Made by a program: the position numbers and the translations under genes
Shown: piece after piece, positions 21,701 to 31,786 of the stretch
Layout: every line of letters begins with the position of its first letter
Numbering within the stretch: the stretch's first letter is position 1
Assembly: GCA_019828565.1 (NCBI GenBank)
Contig: JAHDYR010000025.1
Location: 124,001 to 188,000 of the forward strand
DNA from: Carpediemonas membranifera BICM
Lineage: Eukaryota; Protista; Fornicata
Length of the DNA stretch: 64,000 nucleotides
Reading direction: 5' to 3'
Notes under the pieces: model-generated
Told to the model about the DNA's origin: nothing
The model's input: only the letters and a program-made list of their open reading frames with translations
The model's database searches: none

Positions 21701-23277
21701 ACCTGTTCAACCGGCTCGCCCACTCATCCCGGTCACGGCCCGAGGAGACGCTCAAGGGCATCCTCGCTGTGTTCCGGCACGGCGACCGGACCCCCAAGCA
21801 GAAGGTCAAGGTGCGGGTGCAGTACCCGCCGCTGCTGGGCCATCTGGGCGATCTCCGCAAGGACCTCGTCATCAAGGCCGAGTACGAGCAGGACTGGATG
21901 GGCCGCTTCGTCCAGATCCTCGAGGACGCTGTCCACTGCCCAAGGGAGTGCGACACCAACGCCGTGGCCGACTGGGCCGGGGAGCAGCACGGCATGCGAC
22001 AGATCCTGTCCTGCTGCAAGGCGACGTACGACGGCCTTAAGATCCAGGCGAAAGATAAGTCTGACAACAGCGGACCCGCTGCCCTCCTCATCTGCAAGTG
22101 GGGCGGCAGCCTGACCAGGGCCGGCCGACACCAGGCGAAGAAGCTCGGGGCTGTGTTCCGGGAGAGCGTGTTGCCGTCAGACCCCGTGAAGAAGCGGCAG
22201 TTCCTGGCCAACGCCAAGGTCTACACCAACAACGAGCGGCGGGTGCACCGGTCGGCGATCACATTCTCCCAGGCACTGTTCTCGCCGGACCCCATTCCTG
22301 CGGACCTCGTGCAGGAGAACAGCCTGCTCATCGAGCAGCCGCAGAAGATCTCAACGCTCCTCGACAGCACAAAGGCAGAACTCCGCGACGTCATCCTCAA
22401 CCCGCCCGACCTCTACCGGTACCCCAACATGGCGACCGCGTACGACGACCTCTCTGCCCGCCTCAGCCCAGAGCTGCTGGACTACCTCACGGAGAACCCG
22501 AACCCGGAGGCCGCCCTGATCGAGGTCTACAGCCAGATCGAGCACCTCATCCGGGAGCTGGAGCCGCTGCTGGACAAGTACTCGCCCGAGACGAATCTAG
22601 GGCCGCACGAGACGCTCGACCTGATGATGTCGCGGTGGAAGAAGGCCCGGGACGACTTCAAGCACCCCAAGACGGGCGTGTGGGACACCAGCAAGATCCC
22701 GGACATCTTCGACGGGATCAAGTTCGACGCCCTTCACTCCTGCCGCGAGGACTTCCTGCTGGGCTCGCCCATCGTAGACACTCTCAAGTCGATGTATGAG
22801 GCCGTCGTCGACCTCGCCAACATCGTCATCCCCCACGAGTACGGTATGACCGCAGACGAGCGGCTCCGTATCGCGACGTACTCGACGGGCCCGCTGATGT
22901 ACAAGCTCGCCAGGACGGCGGACAACATGATGTTCGAGGCGGTGCCCTCGCTGCGGCTGTACTTCACGTCGGAGTCCCACCTCCACGGCATCCTTAACCT
23001 GCTGCTCATGAGCGGCGTCGAGGGCATGCTGCTGGACAGATCAGACATCCTCGAGCTCGACTTCTTCACCCACGTCGTCTTCAAGGTTTACGAGTCGGCC
23101 GCCTCGCACTTTAGGATCGAGGTTTTCTTCTCGACGGGGGCGACGCACAACCCGTTCAGGGACGGCGACGGGACTGCGCTCTCCGTGGAGGCCCCTGTGC
23201 TGGTGCACGAGGGGCTCTCACCCGCCGAGCTGCAGAAGCTGCTGCCGAGCATCGACTTCAGCGAGTTCCTCCGGTGA
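18734..23277 (+). CDS. VIP1: Inositol pyrophosphate kinase/phosphatase VIP1/PPIP5K with two phosphatase-like domains; intron 18960-18988
   Basis: GVCVLDSKSQSKPM...QPIENWP after removing a 29-nt GTATGA...TCACACAG intron; EKPVDGEDHN, RLFRK, CGFDILR, DVNGWSFVK; RHGDRTPKQK, KWGG, YFTSESH. Confidence 0.92.
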
Positions 23278-23404
23278 CCCAGTTAGTCACTTCTTCTTCT
23301 TCACTTTTGTACTCTTGACGTAAACTTTCCTTGCTCTTGGAGTTGGAGGGCGACAACATATTGGTGCACTTTAAGGTTCATTTTTGTCAAATTGAAACAA
23401 CAGC

Positions 23405-24253
23405 ATGGCTAACCCCGAGAAGTTGTTGAAATCCGCACAAAAGAAGATGAAAAAGAGTGTTCCTATCTTTGGAAAGCGTGATTACCCTGGAGCCATCCAG
23501 GATCTGAAGAAGGCCGAGATCGACTTCAAACGCGCCAAGGACTTCGCATCTCTTGCTGTGTGCTACTCGATGCTTGCTGACTGCTACGAAGGCGAGGACC
23601 AGCTCTTCATGGCCGGATCAGCGGTGTCCAACGCCATTGAGGCCAAGGTCCGCGCCACCCCCGACGCCATTGCCACCATGGTGCCCCAGCTGAAGTCCAT
23701 GGGGGATCGTGCCGTCGACTGCTACAGGTCTGACGGCCGCCACGATGCCGCCGCGGACGTTTATTCCCGTGTGGCCGAGCATATTGCCCCGTCCAACCTC
23801 GACGCCGCCACGGGCATCCTCCTCGACGCCTTCGAGATCATGAAGGTCGAAGACAGGCTGAAGTCCGGCATCCAGTTCCTCAAGAAGGCGGCGCTGCTCT
23901 TCATGAAGCACGGCGAGTACGACCAGGCGATCGAGACGTTCAACGAGGCCATCGAGGTCTACGGCCAAATTAGACAGAACCACAACATCTCCAAGTCCGT
24001 CCTTGCTCTCGTCCTCATTCACCTCAAGCGGGGCGACCTCGACTCGGCCAACTCCGTGGTCGCCGAGCATGCCCAGTATATTGGCAACGACGAGGGCCAG
24101 GTCATCGATAAGCTGCTGATGGCCTTCCAGACGAAGGACCCCGAGCTGCTCGAGCAGGCCAGGGACATGCATATCCTCAAGGTCGTGGATGCTGAGTGCT
24201 TCCAGCTCAGTAGGAAGCTGTTCGTCCAGACGGAGGCGGATGACGTGCTGTAG
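23405..24253 (+). CDS. NAPG: Gamma-SNAP-like (NSF attachment protein, TPR-like)
   Basis: A.KKMKKS.F...DY..A...KKA...FK N-terminus, helical repeats, LVLIHLKRGD, LLMAF..KD.E. Confidence 0.72.
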   Translation: MANPEKLLKSAQKKMKKSVPIFGKRDYPGAIQDLKKAEIDFKRAKDFASLAVCYSMLADCYEGEDQLFMAGSAVSNAIEAKVRATPDAIATMVPQLKSMGDRAVDCYRSDGRHDAAADVYSRVAEHIAPSNLDAATGILLDAFEIMKVEDRLKSGIQFLKKAALLFMKHGEYDQAIETFNEAIEVYGQIRQNHNISKSVLALVLIHLKRGDLDSANSVVAEHAQYIGNDEGQVIDKLLMAFQTKDPELLEQARDMHILKVVDAECFQLSRKLFVQTEADDVL

Positions 24254-24322
24254 TTGATTTCTTAGTCGCGGGTAGGCGTTTAAAAGGTGCGCTTGTTAGC
24301 TTTAAGATGATAGGACAGCGAT

Positions 24323-24352
24323 TGAAGTATCATAGAGTGCACAGTGCAAGCA
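24323..24352. repeat. Direct repeat (putative TSD) of E2, 3' copy
   Basis: 30/30 identical to 26654-26683. Confidence 0.93.
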
Positions 24353-24445
24353 CTGCGTCTCTCCACTTCAATTAGCTTGCCCGGAGGCGAAGACTAGCGG
24401 CTGGTTAGCCATAATTGGTGTATTGGGGTTATAGTTGGGAAGACG
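24353..24445 (-). ncRNA. Putative omega-RNA scaffold of E2 overlapping ORF 3' end
   Basis: CAAUUA/UAAUUG stem enclosing GGCU-AACC-AGCC and GCC-UCCG-GGC (cUNCGg) hairpins; conserved with E3 35790-35860. Confidence 0.6.
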
Positions 24446-26269
24446 GGCTGGATTTCTGAAAGCACTGGCTTGATACTGTGCATCCGTCATGAGGCCGCAA
24501 TCCAAGATGTTCTGTGCAGCATTCTTGTCTCTGTGGGAGAGATTGAGCCAAGTGGTGGTAGTAGGATCGGAATTGAGGCGTTGCTGTCTGTACCATGGAG
24601 CACCTTGACAATTCGGGTTGTGGCATCGCATCGTGCGCCTCGTGTAGCGAGTTCTACGGAACCTCGCGCGGCAGAAGGGGCAGACGAGTGAGGTTCGGAA
24701 CTCGTTAGTCATCCGCCCTTCAGCAGGATGTTGAAAGCTCTCATGATGTGTGGTAGTAAGGTAGCAAAGCGACCATACGGCGCGCATGGGTACACCCGAC
24801 GGGGCGTCTTGAATCTAGCGCTTCCGTAGAAGACAACCAGCCTGGTGGGGGCTGCCCGGGGAGGGGCAATACCGCGAGGGAGTCGCCGAGGAGTCCATCC
24901 TAAGGTGCGAGCAAGCTGCTCCCCAGCTCCGTGGAAGTGCTTTTGACGCAAGATGTGGTTCGTCAGGCGCACTCTGCGGAAGCTCTTGACCATCCCAGCG
25001 TCGAATATTTCCTGCTCGTGGAGGAGCACAAACCTAATCGAGTTTTGTAGACTATCTAGATTTGTACTTTTGAATGACGCAGGAGTCATATCGAACGCGA
25101 AGCTGGGGGTCTTGGTGTACCCACACTTCGGGACCACACCGGAGCTGGTGGTGCCATCTGGGTGGCGGATGAAGAATCCACACAGAGCCCGAGCACCCGG
25201 GTCGAAACCCATGACCTGGGCATCGGGGTCTGGCGCGGGGCGAGCATCTGCGTCATCCACACCCAGACGCTCCCGAGCCTTTCGCTTCATCGTCGGGTTG
25301 CCACTGGCACGTCTGTTGACGTATGGCAGAGCACCAACTTGGACCGTGAGGTCCACGGCGACCCCATCTGTCTTGACAGACAGCACCCGACGGATGTTCG
25401 GAGGAAGAGCCTCCAGCTGCTCTCGCGTCATGCGCTCAGTGGCGTGATGCTCCGGGTCGACCCCAAGTTGGGCAAGCCAAGCCGGGTTCAGCACGTTGAG
25501 AGAACAGGGAACGTGCATGAACCCGGGGCGGACCGGAGCCATCGGGACAAGCGGAACAAGCTTGGGGCCAGCCAGCGGCTTGTCACCCGGAAGAGGTGGA
25601 TGGGCGGTGTTGAATGCCGCAACCATATCCGTGAGCTCTCCCAGAGCCATCAACGATCGCCTTGACAGCGCGTTGTTCGGTGCGCAACCGGGTGATGTCG
25701 TCCCGGGGCACGTCTGGATCACGCTGAGTCAGGGCAGTGTCGACCCGAGTAATGATCTTCGCCAAGCGCCAGCAGTAACCTTCAAGGGCATTGACGAGCC
25801 ACAGCTTGGTGCTCGTGGCATATTCGCCCAGCCACACGTCGAACTCGCGAGGGCACTGTTGACGAGCTGCCCTGAGGGCGGTGCAGAGGCGGATGATGAA
25901 CTCGTCATGCCACAGTGGCATCTCGGCTATTGAGGTGACAACCTGCCGAACTGCGGCGTATTTTTTCGCGCCCAGGAAGCGGTCGACGAGTGAGTCGGCG
26001 GCGAGGTTTCGGTACTCTCCACTTCGTCGGTAGGCGACGATAACGATGGCCTGGTGCAGAGCCTGGTCATGCACGGGCAAGGAGAGATTGGCGTGGTGGC
26101 AACACGCGGCGATGTATGACAGAATGCAAGTGTGAAAGTACTTGGCCTTCGTGAACGAGCAGAGCTTGTTCTCCAATCCGGCGTAGAAGTCCGCGATGAA
26201 AGGAATCACGTTTCTACGGTTATGGAGAATGGAGGATATGGAGAACTTGACCGTATAGATGCTGGTCAT
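24368..26269 (-). pseudogene. Fanzor1-like RuvC nuclease, about 633 codons, two frameshifts as assembled
   Basis: MTSIYTVK start like E1 MPSKIYTVK; PKLVPLVPMAPVRPGF, SVKTDGVAV, VMGFDPG, TNEFRTS, CPFC...CHNPNC, HRDKNAAQNI. Confidence 0.88.
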
Positions 26270-26653
26270 GTGAAGCTCTGCGTTTTGCGGTGAATGAACC
26301 GATTTGATGTGTGTACAACACACATCAAAGACGACAGACGTTTAATGAACGAGACTATGCAGTGATAATGGCGAGAATTAGAAGAACTGAAGTGTTTTAT
26401 CTTCAGGCAGCGGCATAGAAGAGCCCACTGTGCAATGGAAGGCCATGGTGATGATTGCAAGACGTCATGATCAAGACCCCGAAATCCGACAAGCAGAAGA
26501 GAGCGGATGGAAGTAAGATGGGTAGACGATAGGTGGGAAGCTAGTTGCTTGGCGAGAGGACTGGAGAAGCACTGATTGATGACCCCCGACGATGATGACT
26601 GACTATCGAAATATCACTCTCAAGAAGAAGGAAGGGAGAGCGGGAAGGGGTAA

Positions 26654-26683
26654 TGAAGTATCATAGAGTGCACAGTGCAAGCA
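26654..26683. repeat. Direct repeat (putative TSD) of E2, 5' copy
   Basis: 30/30 identical to 24323-24352; extends to a 53-bp match with 9525-9577. Confidence 0.93.
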
Positions 26684-26755
26684 GTAAAGTAACTCTCAAT
26701 CGTCTAGCAGACTTCAGCGATGCTGTTCGCAGCTTTAGGTTGATTTCGCGTTCGA

Positions 26756-27136
26756 ATGGACGAAACAGATCCTCTTGCCAAGATGAAGGCTCTCATTGGG
26801 CCTAAAGGAGAAAAGTCGAAGAGAAAGCGCTCCAGCAAAACGCCAACGAAAAGTCACCATGAGTCCGCTGAACAGGCCACAGACGCACCGGTGCGCCCAG
26901 GAAAGCGGAAGGCCCCTCTGCGCGACACAAAGTATTCCGATTCGGTGAAAGTAGGCGCAACGTCCTTCTATCCAGCTCCTCCGATCCGAAAAGGCGGTCC
27001 GAAAAAAGAGAAATGCCCACATACCTGGCACAACCGGTTCAGCATTCCCCCGGGATGGCGCTGGGATGGGGTAGACCGCTCCAACGGGTTCGAGGTCAAG
27101 AGGGAGGAAGCTCTGGCCGCCAAGTCATCCCGCTGA
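26756..27136 (+). CDS. BUD13: BUD13/CWC26 RES-complex splicing factor (short form)
   Basis: [21 protein letters not shown] signature. Confidence 0.88.
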   Translation: MDETDPLAKMKALIGPKGEKSKRKRSSKTPTKSHHESAEQATDAPVRPGKRKAPLRDTKYSDSVKVGATSFYPAPPIRKGGPKKEKCPHTWHNRFSIPPGWRWDGVDRSNGFEVKREEALAAKSSR

Positions 27137-27407
27137 TCGGCCGATTTGATCGGGGCCACGTACTGCCGCAGTGGCAGTGACCTTGCCCTTTGAGGATACC
27201 GGATGGTGCGACTGCCACCAATTTACTTCGCAAGCAACAAAGAGTTGTTCTTTCGACACCAGTTCTTTCGTGTGATGGAAGGCCAAGGAAAAAGCTAGGA
27301 GCATAAAGGACGATGCATGTGGGCACACTCTAAGCAGCAAGGACAGCTCTGAGGTGGCGTTCAAAAGGACCAAATTTTGCGCAGTTTTGGCAGCGTTTGT
27401 TCAGACA

Positions 27408-28434
27408 ATGGCAGCTGGGGCTTATCGAGTGCTTTCTAAGGAGAGAAAGGTGAATCACGCTGCACTTGCAATTGATGACGTTCTCAAGGGTGGTTTAAAA
27501 CGGGTTTGTAGCCATCTGCTCCCTCACACAGGTCCATGGCCTCTCAGCCCTCGATAAAATGGGCGACACACCACCAGAACGGCTGAAACTCTTGAAAACA
27601 ACGGGATATCTCGACGTAATACTCCATACTATCCTTCACGCGCGCTCAGATACGCAGCAGAGTGTGCGAGCCCGGTCACTCGCGATCCAGTGCATGTTCC
27701 GCCATATCCTCGACAACCCGAAGATCGACGAGCTCATACTGTCCCATCCGAACTGCGTTCCTGCCATCCTATCCGTGCTGGACGACATGGCCTCTGTCGA
27801 CGACTGCGTTCTCGTCGCCACGGCCCTCGACTTCTTCGCAGTCACACCGTCACTGAGGCCCATTCTGGTGTTCCACGACGACTTCCTGGACCGGATCATT
27901 CCCCACATGAATTCACCGCTGGATGAGGTCCGCATGCATCTAGTGCGGATGATGAACTACGTCACGCAGGACAGTAGAGTTCTGTTCACGGTGGCCCGGC
28001 ACGAGCAGCTCATAGAGGCCCTGTGCGGGACGTGCGTCATGCTCGATGACGACGCCGACGCTCCCCTGCCGGAAGAGGACGACCCCGAGGAGCTCGCCGA
28101 GCTGCTGGCAGACCTTGAAGATGAAGAGATCCAGCAGCAGGCGGCAGACGCGGGTGTGACGATGAAGGAGTTCATCCTTGGGCCGTCAGAGTCCAGCCTC
28201 TTCGGCCGCAAGGAGGTGGCCGAGGCGCCTACAGTGGAAAGCTACGCATTGAACTGCCTCCTCAACATCGCCCGGCTGCCCGCCAACATCCGGCTGCTGC
28301 AGGCAAACGATCTCTTGCTCGCGGTTGTGATGGAGTTCTCGCAGAAGGCGAAGTCGCTGGTCGATCGCGACATCGCAGGCCAGATCATAGACCTGCTGAC
28401 ACCCGACGAGGATGAGGACCCCGAGGGCGTGTAG
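27408..28434 (+). CDS. ARM/HEAT-like hypothetical protein; intron 27504-27531
   Basis: 28-nt GTTTGT...TCACACAG intron links ATG 27408 in frame to the 27559 ORF; amphipathic helical repeats. Confidence 0.65.
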
Positions 28435-28620
28435 GTCCAGTGTATTGTAAAGCTTCATTCTCGTGCTTGGTTGGCCGGTGGACTTGGTGATCGCTCAGAA
28501 ATTGAAAACTCGACGAACAGGCTCTGCTACCTCCATCGCAACGATGGCACGCCTGACGACTGACTTTTCCCACCCGGTGTCCGAAGGGGCTTAATGCCAG
28601 TCAAAGGTCGACCAACGCTC

Positions 28621-29548
28621 AATTTCACGACTCGAACGCGTTCAGTGATGCCGACCTAGCCCTTAGGCCAGCCAGACGGTGCCACTGCCGGCTGGCTCTC
28701 GTTCGTGCTAAACTGCACATTGTAGAAGCTTTTGGCAAAGCGCAGCTAGAATGAGGTTTGTTCCAACGTCCAGTGCACCATCACACAGCTTTGGCCAGTT
28801 TGGTTCTGGATCGTCGTTTTCGTTCGGCGCGAACGCTGCTAAGCCGCAAGGAGCAGCGACGCCCTCGTTTGGCGCTCCCGCCGGCGGCTTCGGCAGCACA
28901 CCTGCACCAGCAAACACCGGGTTCGGCGCACAGCCCGCATCGGGCGGCAACACTACCGGGTTCGGCGCCTCCACCGGCACTGCTGGCGCGAGCACTGGCT
29001 TCGGCGGCTTTGGTGCGAGCGCTCAGAAGCCCGCTGGAACCACAGGCTTCGGCGCCCCCGCCACTGGCACTTCCACCACCACGACAGGCTTTGGTGCGCC
29101 TGCTTCGGGGTCCACTGGCTTCGGCGCTGCGGCAGGATCTACTGGGTTCGGCGCGAAGCCTGCTGGCACCACTGGCTTCGGCTCCACAGCCACGACCGGG
29201 TCGACTGGGTTCGGCAGCACCACACAGCCGGGTGCGGCCACCACTGGCTTTGGGGCGAAGCCCGCAACGACTGGCTTCGGCGCCTCGACTGGCACAACTG
29301 GCACGGCCGGATTTGGCGCGTCTACTGCGTCAACGGGCTTTGGGAGCTCGACTTCAACTACTGGTTTCGGCGCGGCTAAGCCCGCAACGGGCTTCGGCGC
29401 TTCAACCTCAACTGGATTTGGATCGACCGGCACATCCGGCTTCGGCTCGTCTGGCTTCGGCGCCAAGCCCGCCGGCACCACAGGCTTTGGCGCGAGCACG
29501 GGCTTCGGGTCCTCCAGCGGCTTCGGCCAGCAGGCTCAGCAGCAGGCC
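28621..29548 (+). repeat. Segmental duplicate (promoter, intron and FG domain) shared with 60414-61467
   Basis: Near-identical DNA apart from three in-frame repeat-unit indels (60, 42 and 24 bp) and a few substitutions. Confidence 0.95.
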
Positions 29549-30190
29549 AACATGTTTGGCCTGGCAACGTCCACGCCTGCACCGCCCGTCCAGCAGGCGG
29601 TAGGCAGCGGGTTGAACATCAGCGGCACGATCACGGTGGGGCAGCTCGACGACAACACTCAGAACGCCCTCAAGTCGATCGACAAGAAGGTCAAGGGCTG
29701 CGTCGAGGGCGTTGACGCTGTTGGCCAGGAGACCGGCGCCCACATCGACGCGCTGCATGATCTCATCCGGAAGCTGCAGACGCAGGTCGCCGCGGCCACC
29801 GAGTCCGCCGCCGAGGCGACGAAGATGACCGAGGACCTCGGCAACACCACCGACCGCCAGGCCCGCACGCTGGCGGTTGCCCAGCAGTTCCAGACCCGCA
29901 TGGAGTCGCAGCAGTCGTCCGCGGCGGTGGACTTTACCGGGTACTACCAGGGCGAGGTCGACACGCTCGCCGGGTTGATCTCTGACCTCGAGCGGATGGC
30001 GCGGCACCTCGAGAACGTGCTCGGCGCTGGATCGTTCGAGGTGGAAGACGGTGTGTCCGCGATCCACGAGGCGGTGGAGTGCCAGAGCCAGGCCCTCGTG
30101 CTCGTGGCCAGCCAGGTCGCACGTCTTCACAGGCGGGTGCAGGAAGCGAAGCAGACGCACGGGCGGCGTCTGGGGTTCACGGGGAGGTGA
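28751..30190 (+). CDS. NUP58: FG nucleoporin, Nup58/Nup49-like; in-frame intron 28756-28788
   Basis: GFG repeats then TVGQLDDNTQNALKSIDKKV and coiled coil; 33-nt GTTTGT...TCACACAG intron yields an MSFGQFG start. Confidence 0.7.
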   Translation: MRFVPTSSAPSHSFGQFGSGSSFSFGANAAKPQGAATPSFGAPAGGFGSTPAPANTGFGAQPASGGNTTGFGASTGTAGASTGFGGFGASAQKPAGTTGFGAPATGTSTTTTGFGAPASGSTGFGAAAGSTGFGAKPAGTTGFGSTATTGSTGFGSTTQPGAATTGFGAKPATTGFGASTGTTGTAGFGASTASTGFGSSTSTTGFGAAKPATGFGASTSTGFGSTGTSGFGSSGFGAKPAGTTGFGASTGFGSSSGFGQQAQQQANMFGLATSTPAPPVQQAVGSGLNISGTITVGQLDDNTQNALKSIDKKVKGCVEGVDAVGQETGAHIDALHDLIRKLQTQVAAATESAAEATKMTEDLGNTTDRQARTLAVAQQFQTRMESQQSSAAVDFTGYYQGEVDTLAGLISDLERMARHLENVLGAGSFEVEDGVSAIHEAVECQSQALVLVASQVARLHRRVQEAKQTHGRRLGFTGR

Positions 30191-30336
30191 GGCCACACGT
30201 AAATGGACATAGGCTGTGTCGGATTTGCCGGAATATTTTGACCGTTGTTGACCATAGTACTGAAGCCAGCTTCCGGCGTTTGCATCAGGCGATGAGGCAG
30301 GCATACCGAACCAACCATCAAAAATTCCGATAGATA

Positions 30337-31638
30337 ATGCATTCACTCGCGAATCGAACATATCGAGCGCAATCTGCATCGGGACAACGTTATAATCCAA
30401 GCCATAGCCTTCCAGCGGCCAACAACAAGCGACCTGCGCGGAAATCTTCCTCATTTATATCTGTAGAGCAGGTTGTAGACGAGAACACGCCTTCAAACAC
30501 TGAGAACCGATCCGAGATGAGCATATCTCCCTTCAGGCGCCGCGATTTGCCCCGCAAAGCGGCTCCATCCAGGACCAGCTCGACGCACACAGGCAACCTG
30601 TCTTCACCTGCGAACCACCCTGCAACGAACCTCCGCGGCACGGGCACGACGGTCCGGAAGCCCATGACAGGCGCCGGCCCGGCGCCGTATTTCTCGTTTG
30701 CCCAGCGGCGTTATGTCGCCTCGGGTACTGCTTCACACGGTCCTGACCACGTCATGGAGAGCGACACGGTGAAGGCTGCCGTGCAGGACCTAGACACGAT
30801 GGACGACCTCGCGGCGCAGGTCCGGGCGATCCGGGAGAGGGCGCTGGCGGCCCTCAAGGGCGAAGACTCGTCGGGATCCGAACACAGCCTCGGGGTCACC
30901 CCGGGCTCCGACCGCCCGCCCCAGAACCAGCCGAACGACCTCGCACGGCACCAGGAGGAGCAGCGGGAGAAGCGCCGCAGGTTCCGCGAGGAGACCGCCG
31001 CTGAGCGGGAGTGTATGGTGATGTGCGATATGGTGAAGACGTCGCTCTCGTCCAAGGACCCATCCGAGGACAGCCGCATGGCCCTGTCCCTCCAGGCAGT
31101 CGTCTCGGTGCTCCATCAGGTCCTCACAGAAAACACCCGGTTTGAGTCCGATCCGAAGTCGACGCTGACCGTGCCTGCTGAGGAGGTGGGCAGCTTCTTC
31201 GAGAACAACCCTGACCGCCCGACATCACGCGACATGTTCCAGTTCATGTACAACATCGCCTATCGGATCAGATTCAGGCCCGAGCTCGGGATCGCCGCGC
31301 TCATTTACATTGACAGACTTATCGAGAAGACCGGCATAGTATATGGCCGCAGCACGTGGCGCCGTGTGACGTTTGCCGGCATGGTTCTTGCCCAGAAGGG
31401 CTGGGAGGATTCGTGCTACGACAACAAGGACTACGCCAGGACGTTCAAGCCACTGACGGTTCGCACGGTCAACCGCATCGAGCGGGAGTTCCTGTGTGCC
31501 GTCGGACACGACCTCTCGGTGCACCACCGGGCGTACACAAAGTATGCCAGCCACCTCATGACGCTGAAGAAGGGCGCGTGGTACCTTGGCAACGAGAGGA
31601 CACACGGGGTCGAGCGGCCAGCCCTGGACCTGGAGTAG
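30337..31638 (+). CDS. Cyclin Y-like / PHO80-type cyclin
   Basis: ELGIAALIYIDRL...TWRRV...LAQKGWEDSCYDNKDYA...VNRIEREFL...YTKYA..L. Confidence 0.8.
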   Translation: MHSLANRTYRAQSASGQRYNPSHSLPAANNKRPARKSSSFISVEQVVDENTPSNTENRSEMSISPFRRRDLPRKAAPSRTSSTHTGNLSSPANHPATNLRGTGTTVRKPMTGAGPAPYFSFAQRRYVASGTASHGPDHVMESDTVKAAVQDLDTMDDLAAQVRAIRERALAALKGEDSSGSEHSLGVTPGSDRPPQNQPNDLARHQEEQREKRRRFREETAAERECMVMCDMVKTSLSSKDPSEDSRMALSLQAVVSVLHQVLTENTRFESDPKSTLTVPAEEVGSFFENNPDRPTSRDMFQFMYNIAYRIRFRPELGIAALIYIDRLIEKTGIVYGRSTWRRVTFAGMVLAQKGWEDSCYDNKDYARTFKPLTVRTVNRIEREFLCAVGHDLSVHHRAYTKYASHLMTLKKGAWYLGNERTHGVERPALDLE

Positions 31639-31786
31639 AGATGACTCGGACTGTAAATACCGCGGAACACGGGCTGGCGGGGAGCTGGGATGTGTAGGAC
31701 AGCGGTTGACTCTGATCGCTCCTGACAGCGTATTAAACGCCGTTCTTTTGGAACCGGGCTAACCTGCGAATATTTCGGTTAATAAC

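Larger units (their letters stand above)
24323..26683 (-). mobile_element. Fanzor-type element E2 (about 2.30 kb interior 24353-26653) flanked by perfect 30-bp direct repeats
   Basis: tgaagtatcatagagtgcacagtgcaagca at 24323-24352 and 26654-26683 enclosing a Fanzor-like coding region. Confidence 0.88.

Noticed and set aside
6169-26269. Programmed ribosomal frameshifting or hidden introns explaining the split Fanzor ORFs
   Set aside because: Break points differ between copies, and they have no shared slippery motif or GT...CAG boundaries of intron size.
28850-29530. Tandem GGCTTCGGC-type repeats resembling a CRISPR or satellite array
   Set aside because: They are codons of in-frame GFG nucleoporin repeats with variable spacing; there is no constant repeat-spacer structure and no cas genes.
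31695-31709. taggacagcggttga matches the E2 flank 24311-24325 at 14/15
   Set aside because: Too short and does not extend into the 30-bp repeat; may be chance.
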